This document shows positions 1 to 9,872 of a stretch of DNA of 64,000 nucleotides, in pieces. This stretch comes from Acidimicrobiales bacterium (lineage in GTDB: Bacteria; Actinomycetota; Acidimicrobiia; Acidimicrobiales; UBA8190). The stretch covers positions 18,974 through 82,973 of the forward strand of contig JBEKIJ010000012.1 of the NCBI GenBank assembly GCA_050011815.1, in the 5' to 3' direction. Both the position numbers and the translations under genes were made by a program. Under the pieces are notes generated by a model. The model searched no databases. It was not told the DNA's origin and saw only the letters and a program-made list of their open reading frames with translations. The stretch's first letter is position 1, and every line of letters starts with the position of its first letter.

Positions 1-64
1 CGCGGGCCGACGACACCTGCCCAGCCTGCCACAGCCTCCTCCCCGAACCCGGACGAGACATTTC

Positions 65-100
65 GACAACGGTTGTCAAAAAACAATCGTTGGTGATACC
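65..100. promoter_or_regulatory. Candidate Fur-family operator: GACAAC-G-GTTGTC palindrome inside an AT-rich patch just upstream of the Fur-family gene
   Basis: Perfect 6-bp inverted-repeat arms at 65-77, followed by an A/T-rich stretch (gtcaaaaaacaatcgttggtgata). This is atypical for a ~70% GC genome and sits 12-45 bp before the ATG at 112. Confidence 0.3.
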
Positions 101-111
101 GTGGCCGGGTC

Positions 112-576
112 ATGCGATCCCCCGAAGACCTCACCGCCCTGTTCCGGGCCCAGGGTCGCAAGATCACCGCCCAGCGCCAGTGCATCTTCCGGGTGCTCCA
201 CGGCGACGTGACCCATCCCACCGCCGAGTCCATCCACGCCGAGGCCAAGGCCCAGATGGAGACCATCTCCCTCAAGACCGTCTACCAGACCCTCCACGAG
301 CTCACCGCCATGGGAGAGATCGCCGCCCTCGACCTCGGGACGGGCGTGACCCGCTTCGATCCCAACGTGGACGGCGTCCATCACCATCTCGTGTGCCGCG
401 GCTGCGGCAAGGTGCGCGACCTCCACGCCGACTTCAGCGACGTCACCGTGCCCGCCGGCGCCGACGAGGGTTTCGACGTGGGCGAGGCCGAGGTGGTCTT
501 CCGGGGACGCTGTCGCGACTGCCGCCGGCTCCAAGGGACCTCACCGCCGCGGGTCCACGCCGGCGCCGACGCCTGA
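112..576 (+). CDS. Fur family transcriptional regulator (PerR/Fur-like)
   Basis: 154 aa. Has an N-terminal winged-helix region and the metal-site motifs HHHLVCxxCG and CRDC. It sits directly upstream of a rubrerythrin gene. Confidence 0.8.
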   Translation: MRSPEDLTALFRAQGRKITAQRQCIFRVLHGDVTHPTAESIHAEAKAQMETISLKTVYQTLHELTAMGEIAALDLGTGVTRFDPNVDGVHHHLVCRGCGKVRDLHADFSDVTVPAGADEGFDVGEAEVVFRGRCRDCRRLQGTSPPRVHAGADA

Positions 577-645
577 GGGCGCCGCCCGCCTCCCACCACA
601 CCGCGCCACCGCATCACCGAGACGCCACGTTCGAACAACCAACCG

Positions 646-1086
<441 letters not shown>

Positions 1087-1100
1087 GGACGACGACGCGC

Positions 1101-1748
1101 ATGGCCGGCCCCACCAGGATGCTCACACTCGACGACATCGCCGACCTCCGCGCCTACGAGCGCGACCGCGACGACTACCGCCGCCGGGTCATCGAGATCA
1201 AGCGACGCCGGCGCGTGGCGGTGGGCCCCATCGTGTCCCTCGTCTTCGAGAATCGCGAGACCATGCGCTCCCAGGTCCAGGAGATGGCCCGGGCCGAGCG
1301 CATGGTCTCCGACGACCAGATCCAGAAGGAGCTCGACATCTACAACACCCTCATCCCCGAGCCCGGCGAGCTCTCGGCCACGCTCTTCATCGAGCTCACG
1401 GGGGAGGAGGCCCTCAGGAACTGGCTGCCCCGCCTGGTGGGGATCGAGCACGCCGTCCTCCTCGAGCTGCCCGGGGAGGACCCCCGCCTCGAGGCGGCCG
1501 GGGTGCTCGACGGGCTGCCGGGGGGCGATTTCGTGAGGGCCGTGCCCGAGGCCGCCCACGAGGAGGCCCTCACCCGGCCCGAGATCACCGCCTCGGTGCA
1601 CTACATCCGCTTCGTCCTCGACCCCGCCCAGGTGGACCGGTTCGCGGCGGGCCCGGTGACCCTGGCCGTCGACCACCCCGAGTACCGGGAGCGCACCGTC
1701 TTGTCCGACGAGGTCCGGGCCGAGCTCCTCACCGACCTCGAACCCTGA
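1101..1748 (+). CDS. DUF3501 family protein
   Basis: In-frame ATG inside the long 90..1748 ORF. The [33 protein letters not shown] opening is typical of DUF3501, which is commonly encoded next to rubrerythrin. Confidence 0.55.
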   Translation: MAGPTRMLTLDDIADLRAYERDRDDYRRRVIEIKRRRRVAVGPIVSLVFENRETMRSQVQEMARAERMVSDDQIQKELDIYNTLIPEPGELSATLFIELTGEEALRNWLPRLVGIEHAVLLELPGEDPRLEAAGVLDGLPGGDFVRAVPEAAHEEALTRPEITASVHYIRFVLDPAQVDRFAAGPVTLAVDHPEYRERTVLSDEVRAELLTDLEP

Positions 1749-1997
1749 TCGACACCCTCCCACCTGCGACTTCGGGTCCGCCCCGGGGCCTCACCCCGTC
1801 GTGGCGGCGCCCGCCCGGCGGTTTCGGGGGCGGCCCGGGGTCGGGGTGTTCTTTACACGGTCGGGAGCGTGCGCCATACTTAATGTTCCGCTGTTTCCCT
1901 TTTGGGGGACCATTGTCCCTGGTCACCGGGTCATAGGCGGAAAACCCCACATAGAGTAAAATCGACAACACACAGAGTGCTTGAGGAAGTGACTCCA

Positions 1998-2240
1998 ATG
2001 ACCGCCCCCTCCGTCGCCACCTGGCGCAAGAGAGCCGCCTGTCAGGGCATCGACCCTGAGGTCTTCTACCCGGTCTCCGATGAGGAAGCCGAAGAGGCCA
2101 AGGTGATCTGCGCCGTATGCCCGGTCCGCCAGGCCTGCCTCGAGCACGCCCTGGCGAATCGCGAGCGCGAAGGCGTCTGGGGCGGGGCGACCGAGCGCGA
2201 GCGGCGCCGGATCCTGAGGCAGCGTCGCAAGTCGGCTTGA
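1998..2240 (+). CDS. whiB: WhiB family transcriptional regulator
   Basis: 80 aa with four Cys (CQG..., CAVCPVRQAC) and a GVWGG turn followed by a basic tail. A GAGGAAG RBS lies 8 bp upstream, and the upstream region is AT-richer, as expected for a promoter. Confidence 0.8.
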   Translation: MTAPSVATWRKRAACQGIDPEVFYPVSDEEAEEAKVICAVCPVRQACLEHALANREREGVWGGATERERRRILRQRRKSA

Positions 2241-2262
2241 CCTCCGGCCCTACGCTGCGGCC

Positions 2263-2730
2263 GTGACCGATCGCATCGCGTCGCGCTTGGCGGCACTGGG
2301 CCTGACCCTCCACGGTCCCCACCCACCCCATGACCCCCTCGACGCCGTGGTCGTCCACGGCGACGTGGCCCGGACGTCGGGTCAACTGCCGCGCATCGAC
2401 GGCGTGCTCACCTGTGTGGGCACCCTCGGCGACGACGTCACGGTGGAGGAAGGGTCGATGGCGGCCGAGGTCTGCGCCCTCAACGCCCTGGCCGTCCTCG
2501 AGCACGCCCTCGGCACGCTCGACCGCGTGGCCCGCGTCCTCACCGTGACGGGATACGTGGCCTCGACCCCCACCTTCCACGACCAGCCCGCCGTGGTGGA
2601 CGGCGCCAGCCGGTTGCTCCACCGCGTCTTCGGCGACGACGGCCGCCACACCCGCTCCGCCATCGGGGTGGCGGCCCTGCCCCGGGGAGGAGCGGTGGAG
2701 ATCGAGGTCACCGTGGCGGTGCGCGGGTAG
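2263..2730 (+). CDS. RidA/YjgF family protein
   Basis: 155 aa. The C-terminal motif RSAIGVAALPRGGAVEIEVTV is typical of the Rid/YjgF fold. Confidence 0.65.
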   Translation: MTDRIASRLAALGLTLHGPHPPHDPLDAVVVHGDVARTSGQLPRIDGVLTCVGTLGDDVTVEEGSMAAEVCALNALAVLEHALGTLDRVARVLTVTGYVASTPTFHDQPAVVDGASRLLHRVFGDDGRHTRSAIGVAALPRGGAVEIEVTVAVRG

Positions 2731-2784
2731 GCGTCGCCAGCGCGGGTAGGCGTCTCCGGCGCCCGCAGGCGTAGCCTCCCGTCG

Positions 2785-3966
2785 GTGGATTTCGATCTCT
2801 CTCCCGAATTGTCGGACCTCCAAGCGACGGTCCGGCGTCTGGCGCGCGACAAGGTCAAGCCCCGGGCCAGAGAGATCGACCGCACCGGCACCTATCCGAC
2901 CGACATCTTCGAAGCCTTTCGCGACGCGGGTCTGCTCGGCCTGTGCATCCCCGAGGAGTACGGGGGATCGGGAGCGGGGATCCTGGGTCTCACCATCGCC
3001 ATCGAGGAGGTGGCGAAGTACTCGAACGCGGCGGCTCTCATGTTGCTGCTCACCCGCCTGCCCACGGGGCCCTTGCTGATCGCGGGGACCGAGGAGCAGA
3101 AGCACCGCTACCTGCCGGCCCTGGCGGCGGGGGACACGCGCGCCGCCTTCGGCCTGTCCGAGCCCCAAGCCGGCAGCGACGTGATGGGCATCCGCACGCG
3201 CGCCACCCCTGACCCCGAGTCCGGCCACGAGGGGGGTTGGGTGCTCAAGGGCACCAAGTGTTGGATGTCGGGCGTGCGCGAGGCCGACTGGTACACGGTG
3301 TTCGCCAAGACCGGCGACCCGGCCAGCCGCGCCCATGACTCGGTTACCGCCTTCATCGTCGAACGATCCTGGCCGGGCGTGGACGTCGGTCGGACCGACC
3401 ACAAGATGGGGGTGCGCGGCGTCGACACCGGGGAGCTGCTCCTCGACGACGTGGCGGTGCCCGCCGGCAACGTCATCGGCGAGGTCGGCGGTTTCCGCCT
3501 GGCCATGTTGGGCCTCAACGCCATGCGGCCCGTCGTGGCGGCCCGGGGTATCGGGCTCGCCGAGGGCGCCCTCATGTACGCCACGGAGTACGTCCGCCAA
3601 CGCGCCGCCTTCGGAAAGACGATCGCCGACTTCCAGGGCGTGCAGTGGGAGATCGCCAAGTGCGCGGTGGACCTCGAGGCGGCCCGGCTGCTCACCTACC
3701 GCGCCGCCTGGCTCGCCGATCAAGGGAAGTTCACCAAGGAGTGGGTGCCGATGCTCTCGGCCGCCAAGTACCACGCCACCGAGCTGGCCGTGCGGGCCTC
3801 GGGCCTGGCCGTCCAGCTGCTCGGAGCGGCGGGGTACATGGAGGACCACCCCACCGAGCAGTGGTACCGCGACGCCAAGCAATTGACGATCGTGGAAGGC
3901 ACCAGCCAGGTCCAGTTGGGTCTGGTGGCGCGGGGTGTGCTCGATCACGACCTGTGGTGGGATTGA
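2785..3966 (+). CDS. Acyl-CoA dehydrogenase
   Basis: 393 aa with a GTG start. It has ACAD N-terminal, middle and C-terminal domain signatures (YGGSGAG, GLSEPQAGSD, GxxGYMEDHPTEQWYRDAK). Confidence 0.85.
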   Translation: MDFDLSPELSDLQATVRRLARDKVKPRAREIDRTGTYPTDIFEAFRDAGLLGLCIPEEYGGSGAGILGLTIAIEEVAKYSNAAALMLLLTRLPTGPLLIAGTEEQKHRYLPALAAGDTRAAFGLSEPQAGSDVMGIRTRATPDPESGHEGGWVLKGTKCWMSGVREADWYTVFAKTGDPASRAHDSVTAFIVERSWPGVDVGRTDHKMGVRGVDTGELLLDDVAVPAGNVIGEVGGFRLAMLGLNAMRPVVAARGIGLAEGALMYATEYVRQRAAFGKTIADFQGVQWEIAKCAVDLEAARLLTYRAAWLADQGKFTKEWVPMLSAAKYHATELAVRASGLAVQLLGAAGYMEDHPTEQWYRDAKQLTIVEGTSQVQLGLVARGVLDHDLWWD

Positions 3967-3985
3967 CCCATCGTGCCCGACGCCC

Positions 3986-5131
3986 ATGACTGATCACCCC
4001 CGGTCCGGGGACGGTGCCGCCACCGCCACCGCCACCACCACCACCACCGCCGCCGCCGCCGCCGGCGAGGCCGAGGACGCCTTCGCCGCGCTGGGGGGAT
4101 GGCCCGGCGTGCTCGGCCGGCTCTTCGCCCACCACGACCTCAGCGCCGACGAAGCCGCTCTCGCCCTCGGTGAGGTGCTCGTCGGCGCGGCCACACCGGC
4201 GCAGATCGCCTCGTTCATCACCGCCCTGCGGATCAAGGGCGAGACCATCCACGAGATGACCGGCCTGGTCCGGGCCATGCTGGCCAACGCCGAGCACCTG
4301 CCTGTGCCCCGACCCGAGGACGTGGTCGACACCTGTGGCACGGGGGGCGACCGCAGCCTCTCGATCAACGTGTCCACCATGGCGGCGTTGGTGGTGGCGG
4401 GCGCGGGGGCCAGGGTGTGCAAGCACGGCGGCCGGGCCGCCACCTCGGCGGCGGGATCAGCCGATGTCCTCGAGACCCTGGGCGTGGTCATCGACCTCGG
4501 CCCCGCCGGCGTGGCCCGCTGCATCGAGGAGGCCGGGATCGGGTTCTGCTTCGCGCCCCGCTTCCATCCCGCCATGCGCTTCGCCATCCCGGTGCGGCGC
4601 GAGCTCGGGGTCCCCACCGTCTTCAACTTCCTCGGCCCACTCGCCAACCCGGCGCGCGCCGGCCTCCAGGTCGTCGGCGTGAGCGATCCCGCCATGGCCG
4701 ACAAGATGCTCGGCGTCCTGGTGGCGAACGGGAGCCGGCGGGCCATGGTGGTCCACGGGGCCGACGGTCTCGACGAGCTCTCGACCACGGGTCCCTCCAC
4801 CGTGCTCGAGGCCGGCCCCGCCGGCGACATCCGTCGCTACACCGTCGACCCCACCGACCTCGGGTTGGCCATCGCCTCACTCGAGGAGTTGCGCGGTGGG
4901 GACGCCGAGACCAACGCCGAGGTGGTGCGGCGCGTCCTGGCGGGGGAGAAAGGCCCGCACCGCGACATCGCCGTGCTCAACGCGGCCGCCGCCCTGGTGG
5001 TCGCGGGCCTCAGCGCCGATCTGGCCGAAGGCGTCGAGCGCGCCGGTGCGGTCATCGACGAGGGGGCGGCCCGCCACGCGCTCGACCGACTGGTCCATAC
5101 CTCACAGGACGCGGCGTCGACGTCGTCGTGA
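3986..5131 (+). CDS. trpD: Anthranilate phosphoribosyltransferase
   Basis: TrpD signatures are present (CGTGGD, VCKHGGRAATSAAGSADVLE, FNFLGPLANPA). The N-terminus is extended by a poly-Thr/Ala tract. Confidence 0.8.
   Translation: MTDHPRSGDGAATATATTTTTAAAAAGEAEDAFAALGGWPGVLGRLFAHHDLSADEAALALGEVLVGAATPAQIASFITALRIKGETIHEMTGLVRAMLANAEHLPVPRPEDVVDTCGTGGDRSLSINVSTMAALVVAGAGARVCKHGGRAATSAAGSADVLETLGVVIDLGPAGVARCIEEAGIGFCFAPRFHPAMRFAIPVRRELGVPTVFNFLGPLANPARAGLQVVGVSDPAMADKMLGVLVANGSRRAMVVHGADGLDELSTTGPSTVLEAGPAGDIRRYTVDPTDLGLAIASLEELRGGDAETNAEVVRRVLAGEKGPHRDIAVLNAAAALVVAGLSADLAEGVERAGAVIDEGAARHALDRLVHTSQDAASTSS
4017..4065 (+). repeat. GCC/ACC trinucleotide repeat encoding a poly-Ala/Thr linker inside trpD
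   Basis: gccaccgccaccgccaccaccaccaccaccgccgccgccgccgccggc, encoding ATATATTTTTAAAAAG. Confidence 0.7.
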
Positions 5132-5171
5132 CCTCGGCGCCACCCGCGGCGCTCGCCGTGTCGGCGCGCCG

Positions 5172-5453
5172 TCAGGAAGAGCCGAGATCCCAGATGGCCT
5201 CGAGGTCGTGGCGGCTGTAGGCCTTGAAGGCGACGAGCGTCGTCGTCGACTCGATCCCCGGGAGCGTGGCGATACGGCCGGTGACGACGTCGACGAGGTC
5301 GTCATGGTGGCGCACCCGGACGATGGCGATGAGATCGGCCACCCCGCCCGCCACCGAGAACACCTCGGTGATGCCCTCGGTGCCCGCGAGCTCCTCGCAC
5401 AACGCCGCGATCCGAGAGGGCTCGGCGTCGATGAGCACAAAGGCGTGCAGCAC
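5172..5453 (-). CDS. Lrp/AsnC ligand-binding (RAM) domain protein, stand-alone
   Basis: The C-terminal ~90 aa match the AsnC/Lrp RAM domain (VLHAFVLIDAEPSRIAA...VAGGVADLIAIVRVRHHDDL). The GTG start is chosen because the in-frame upstream extension to 5537 is Arg-rich and of low complexity. Confidence 0.5.
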   Translation of the reverse strand: MLHAFVLIDAEPSRIAALCEELAGTEGITEVFSVAGGVADLIAIVRVRHHDDLVDVVTGRIATLPGIESTTTLVAFKAYSRHDLEAIWDLGSS

Positions 5454-5561
5454 AGGGCGGAGCCTACCTACCCCCGACCGGCGAGCCCTCGATGTCGCTG
5501 AAGAAGAAGGTGCACGTCGCGGTGGGCCGAGCAGCAAGAGATCGACCCGGCCTCGGCCGTC

Positions 5562-6347
5562 CTAGCCCACCTCCGACACGGGGGCGGGTCGGCGCGCGGG
5601 TGTCGCCACCAGGTCGACCAGGTCGCCGAGGACGAAGACGCCGTAGCCGGTGGCGCGCTCGATGAGGCCGTGGAGCAGATCGGCGGTGGCCCGGACGTCG
5701 TCGAGGGCCCGGTGCGAGGGGAGGTGCTCCAGGCGCAGCGCGGTGGCCAGGGTGCGGAGCTTGCAGTTGGGGACATCGGGTCGCACGAGCCGGCGCGCCA
5801 GGGCCAGGGTGTCGACGGTGGTGTTCCCCAGAGGCTCGTAGCCGTTGTCCCCGAGGGCGGCGTCGAGGAAGGCAAGGTCGAACCGGACGTTGTGGCCGAC
5901 GATCACCGTGCCGCGCACGAACTCGAGCAACGACGGCAACAGGCTCGACACCGAGGGGGCGCCGACCACCATGTCGTCGGTGATCCCGGTGAGCAGCGAG
6001 ATCAGCGGAGGGACGGGGCATCCGGGGTCCACCAGGGACTGGAACTCGCCGACGCATTCCCCGCCCCGGTACTTGGCCGCGGCGATCTCGGTGAGCGCCG
6101 CGGTGGCGGGCGAGCCGCCGGTGGTCTCCACGTCAACCACCGCGAAGCAGACGTCGAACAGAGGCGCTCCCAGATCAGCCCCGGTTCCTGTGGGCGCGCC
6201 GCCGTCGGGGTGGTCGTCGTGACAGATGGCGACGAGCTCGGTGCCGGGGCCGAGCGAGGCCTGGCGCGCGGCGCGCCGTCCGGTGAGGCCGACCCACCGA
6301 GCCCAACGCGAGGAGGCGCCGATCGCCACGAGGTGCATGGTAAGCAC
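5562..6347 (-). CDS. DEDDh 3'-5' exonuclease (DNA polymerase III epsilon-like)
   Basis: Has the Exo I motif FAVVDVETTG, the Exo II motif VGHNVRFDLAFL and the Exo III motif HRALDDVRATADL. The N-terminal start is uncertain. Confidence 0.65.
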   Translation of the reverse strand: MLTMHLVAIGASSRWARWVGLTGRRAARQASLGPGTELVAICHDDHPDGGAPTGTGADLGAPLFDVCFAVVDVETTGGSPATAALTEIAAAKYRGGECVGEFQSLVDPGCPVPPLISLLTGITDDMVVGAPSVSSLLPSLLEFVRGTVIVGHNVRFDLAFLDAALGDNGYEPLGNTTVDTLALARRLVRPDVPNCKLRTLATALRLEHLPSHRALDDVRATADLLHGLIERATGYGVFVLGDLVDLVATPARRPAPVSEVG

Positions 6348-6404
6348 GAGGGTGTTCGCTGACGTGGACCGTGGCCGGCGGGAGGGTCATCGCAGAGCGG
6401 TAGC

Positions 6405-6692
6405 GTGGCCCCCGTGAGCACGAGTCCGAGCACCGGCCCGAGCGCGAACCGGTACCGGTGTGGGTCGTGCGGCAACATCACCCGCTTCGACGTCGTCACC
6501 GACCGCCGGGCCAAGGCTTTCTACCATTACAGCGTGGGTGGAGAGCTCTCGGTGGAGGACGTGGAGGTGGTGTCGGAGTCCGTGGTCGAGGTGAGCTGCC
6601 GGTGGTGCGGGCACGGTCGGTCCATCGAGATCCTCGACGACGAAGAGGCTCCGGCTCCGGCCCCGGCGGATGCGGGCGGTCCGCCCGCCTGA
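6405..6692 (+). CDS. Small zinc-ribbon protein (hypothetical)
   Basis: Two CxxC pairs (CGSCGN...CRWCGH) and an acidic Pro/Ala C-terminal tail. High-GC codon usage is consistent with a real gene, but the start is uncertain. Confidence 0.4.
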   Translation: MAPVSTSPSTGPSANRYRCGSCGNITRFDVVTDRRAKAFYHYSVGGELSVEDVEVVSESVVEVSCRWCGHGRSIEILDDEEAPAPAPADAGGPPA

Positions 6693-6743
6693 AGGGGTTA
6701 CCCGGTCCCGGTGTCACACCCGGGCGCGACGCTGTCACTCGTG

Positions 6744-6962
6744 ATGACCGATGGGACCATCAGCATCAGCTGCGACGACTGCGAGCTCCGGGGCACCGCG
6801 GCCTGTGAGGACTGCCTGGTGAGCTTCGTGCTCGGGCGCGAGCCCGACGACGCCGTGGTCGTGGACGTGGAAGAAGCTCGGGCCATGCGGATGCTGTCGC
6901 GTGCGGGTCTCGTGCCCCGGCTGCGGCACTCGGGTGTCGAGGGGGACTGGGCCACGGGCTGA
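6744..6962 (+). CDS. Small Cys-rich hypothetical protein
   Basis: 72 aa with CDDC...CEDC. It lies just downstream of the zinc-ribbon gene on the same strand. Confidence 0.35.
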   Translation: MTDGTISISCDDCELRGTAACEDCLVSFVLGREPDDAVVVDVEEARAMRMLSRAGLVPRLRHSGVEGDWATG

Positions 6963-7052
6963 GAGCCCGCTCGGGATGTCCCCGCCTGAGGGCTCTCGGC
7001 CCTCGGCGTGCCAGCATGGGCCGGTGCGGACGCCGGCTACGGGACGGGGGGG

Positions 7053-8195
7053 ATGACCCATCTTCTCGTCACCAACGACTTCCCCCCCAAGGTGGGGGGC
7101 ATCCAGGCCTATCTGTGGGAGCTGTGGCGGCGGATGGACCCGTCGAGCTTCGCCGTCCTGACGGCGTCGTCGCACCCCGGGGCGGCGGCCTTCGACGCCG
7201 AGCAGAAGGGCCTCGGGTTCCGGATCGAGCGGGTCCCGAGCCGGGTGCTGCTTCCCACCCCGGCGGTGGTGCGCCGCATCCGGGACACCGCCCAGGACGT
7301 CGGGGCCTCGCTGGTGGTCCTCGACCCCGCCCTGCCCCTGGGCCTGGTGGGGCCGTCGCTCGGGTCCCTGCCCTACGGGGTGGTCCTGCACGGCGCCGAG
7401 GTCACGGTGCCGGGCCGGCTGCCGGGGTCTCGCCAGGCGCTGGCCAAGGTGCTGGCGGGGTCGGTGCTGGCGGTGTGTGCCGGGGGCTACCCCGCCGCTG
7501 AAGCCCGGCGGGTGGCCGGCGACCACATGCCCCCGGTGGTCGAGGTCCCTCCCGGCGTGGACGTCGAGCGGTTGCGGCCGCTGACCGCGGCGGGTCGGCG
7601 CAAGGCGCGGGCCGCGCTGGGCCTGTCGCCCGAGGGGCCGGTGGTGGTCAGTGTGAGCCGGCTCGTCCCCCGCAAGGGGATGGACGTGTTGATCGAGGCC
7701 GCCGCCGCCCTGGTGCCGTCGTTTCCCGATCTCACCGTGGTCATCGGCGGCGCGGGGCGCGACCGGACCCGGCTCGAGGCGCGGGTGCGGGCCAGCGGCG
7801 CCCCCGTGCGGATGGTGGGGGCGGTCCCCGACGACGAGCTGGCCCGGTTCTACGGGGTGGCGGACGTGTTCGTGATGGCGTGCCGGGACCGGTGGTTCGG
7901 TCTCGAGCAGGAGGGGTTCGGCATCGTCTTCCTGGAGGCCGCGGCGTGCGGGGTGCCACAGGTGGCGGGGCGCAGCGGGGGTGCGGACGAGGCCGTCGTC
8001 GACGGCAAGACCGGCCTCGTGGTCGACGACCCCGGCGACTCCGGGCGGGTGGCCGGGGCCCTGCGCCGGCTGCTCACCGACGACGAGCTCCGGCGCCGGA
8101 TGGGCCGGGCCGCCCGACGGCGGGTGCAGAGGGGCTTCGCGTGGGACTTTCTCGCACATAGGCTGGCCGGCGCCTTGCAGGACGTGGAAGGCTGA
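7053..8195 (+). CDS. GT4-family glycosyltransferase (PimB/PimA-like mannosyltransferase)
   Basis: GT-B fold. Has the EX7E-like region (FGLEQEGFGIVFLEAAACGVP) and an N-terminus (MTHLLVTNDFPPKVGGIQ) typical of actinobacterial PimB'-like enzymes. Confidence 0.8.
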   Translation: MTHLLVTNDFPPKVGGIQAYLWELWRRMDPSSFAVLTASSHPGAAAFDAEQKGLGFRIERVPSRVLLPTPAVVRRIRDTAQDVGASLVVLDPALPLGLVGPSLGSLPYGVVLHGAEVTVPGRLPGSRQALAKVLAGSVLAVCAGGYPAAEARRVAGDHMPPVVEVPPGVDVERLRPLTAAGRRKARAALGLSPEGPVVVSVSRLVPRKGMDVLIEAAAALVPSFPDLTVVIGGAGRDRTRLEARVRASGAPVRMVGAVPDDELARFYGVADVFVMACRDRWFGLEQEGFGIVFLEAAACGVPQVAGRSGGADEAVVDGKTGLVVDDPGDSGRVAGALRRLLTDDELRRRMGRAARRRVQRGFAWDFLAHRLAGALQDVEG

Positions 8196-8278
8196 ACGCC
8201 GCCCACCCCGCCCGAGGCCTGGTGGCGGCGCCGTGGTCGGTGCCCCGCCGGAGCGTGACGACGAACAAAGGAGTGTCT

Positions 8279-8728
8279 GTGGCGGAACTGGCCACCGAGC
8301 GAATGGTCGTCACCGCCACGCCGGAGCAGTGCTTCGCCGTGGTGAGCGACATCGAGCGGTACCCGGAGTGGGCGGCCGACATCAAGCAGGTGGTGATCGA
8401 GCGGCGCGACGAGGAGGGCCGACCGGGCGAGGCGACCTTCCGGGCAGGAGCCTTCGGCCGGTCCACCAGCTACACCCTCGCCTACGACTTCTCCAAGGCT
8501 CCCCGGATCCTGGCCTGGAAGCAGACCTCGGGCGACCTCACCTCCAAGCTCGACGGGAGCTACCGGTTCGACGCCGAGGGGGACGGGACCACCGAGGTCA
8601 CCTACACCCTCGAGGTCGAGCTGCGGGTGCCGCTCCCGGGGTTCATCAAGCGGCGGGCGCAGAGCCGGATCATGCATACCGCCCTCGAGGAGTTGAAGGC
8701 ACGCGTCGAGTCCTCGCTCACGACGTGA
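8279..8728 (+). CDS. SRPBCC (polyketide cyclase/START-like) family protein
   Basis: GTG start 7 bp after an AAAGGAG RBS. Contains the ERYPEWAADIKQV motif typical of SRPBCC ligand-binding proteins. Confidence 0.65.
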   Translation: MAELATERMVVTATPEQCFAVVSDIERYPEWAADIKQVVIERRDEEGRPGEATFRAGAFGRSTSYTLAYDFSKAPRILAWKQTSGDLTSKLDGSYRFDAEGDGTTEVTYTLEVELRVPLPGFIKRRAQSRIMHTALEELKARVESSLTT

Positions 8729-8774
8729 GCGCGCCGTCGTCGCTGCCGGCTCCGCCGATGCAGAGGAGGTCGGC

Positions 8775-9809
8775 GTGGCGAGGGAGGTGACGATCGGGAT
8801 CGACATGGGGGGCACCAAGGTGCTCGGCCTGGCCGTCGACGACGAAGGGGTCGTGGTCGGCGAGGTGCGGATGGCGAGCCCGGGTCGCCGCGTGGCCGTC
8901 GACGGCACCGGGGCCGGCGAGGGGGATCCCCAGGACGAGGGCCAACGGTCCGATGTGGTGATCGAGGTGCTGGCCACGGCGACCGAGCGGCTGTGCGAGC
9001 AGGTCGACGCGGAGGTGGCGTCGGTCGGGGTGGGGGCGCCGGGCCTCGTCGACAACACCGGGGTGCTGCGGTACGCGCCCAACCTGCCGCGGGGCACCGG
9101 GCTCGACATCGCCGGCGGGCTCTCGGCGCGCCTGGGGGGCATGCGGACGGTGGTGGACAACGACGCCACCTGCGCCACGGTGGCGGAGTGGGCCTTCGGA
9201 GCCGCCGCCGGTGTCAGCGACGCCGTCATGGTGACGCTCGGCACCGGGATCGGGGGCGGGGTGATCGCCGGGGGGAACGTGGTGCGGGGGGCCTCGGGGT
9301 TCGCGGGGGAGATCGGCCACATGGTGGTCGACCCGACCGGCCCGCCCTGCCCCTGTGGCAAGCGGGGGTGCTGGGAGCGGTTCGCGTCGGGGAGCGGTCT
9401 CGGGCGCCTGGCCCGGGAGGCGGCCCATGCCGGACGTCTCGACGAGGTGGTGGGCCTCGCCGGGGGGGACGCCGAGTCGGTGCGGGGGGAGCACGTCCTC
9501 ATGGCGGCCAAGCAGGGTGACGCCGGGGCCCTGGCCGTGCTCGGAGAGCTGGGGTGGTGGCTGGCGCTCGGTCTCTCCAACCTCGCCCTGGCCTTGGACC
9601 CCACCGTCATGGTCTACGGGGGAGGCCTCGTCGAGACCGTCACGCTCGTGCTCGACAAGGTGCGGATCGCCTTCGACGAACTGCTCGAGGGCCACGCCTA
9701 TCGACCCGAGGTGAAGATCCTGCCCGCCCTGTTGGGCGAGCGGGCCGGGGCCATGGGGGCCGCGCTGGTGGCGCGCGCCGGCGACCGCTACCGGGTCGAG
9801 GTGACGTGA
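8775..9809 (+). CDS. ROK family glucokinase
   Basis: Has the IGIDMGGTK N-terminal ATPase motif and a CxCGxxGCxE zinc motif (CPCGKRGCWE). Confidence 0.75.
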   Translation: MAREVTIGIDMGGTKVLGLAVDDEGVVVGEVRMASPGRRVAVDGTGAGEGDPQDEGQRSDVVIEVLATATERLCEQVDAEVASVGVGAPGLVDNTGVLRYAPNLPRGTGLDIAGGLSARLGGMRTVVDNDATCATVAEWAFGAAAGVSDAVMVTLGTGIGGGVIAGGNVVRGASGFAGEIGHMVVDPTGPPCPCGKRGCWERFASGSGLGRLAREAAHAGRLDEVVGLAGGDAESVRGEHVLMAAKQGDAGALAVLGELGWWLALGLSNLALALDPTVMVYGGGLVETVTLVLDKVRIAFDELLEGHAYRPEVKILPALLGERAGAMGAALVARAGDRYRVEVT

Positions 9810-9872
9810 CCGGGGGCCGAGGGTCGTCCCGGTCGCCGCGGAGCTGACCCTGGCCGCGGGGGGGCGAAGACC

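Noticed and set aside
1729-3987. 752-aa minus-strand ORF spanning the whiB, ridA and ACAD region
   Set aside because: It overlaps three well-supported plus-strand genes, and its translation is Arg/Gly/Pro-rich without motifs. It is a high-GC shadow ORF.
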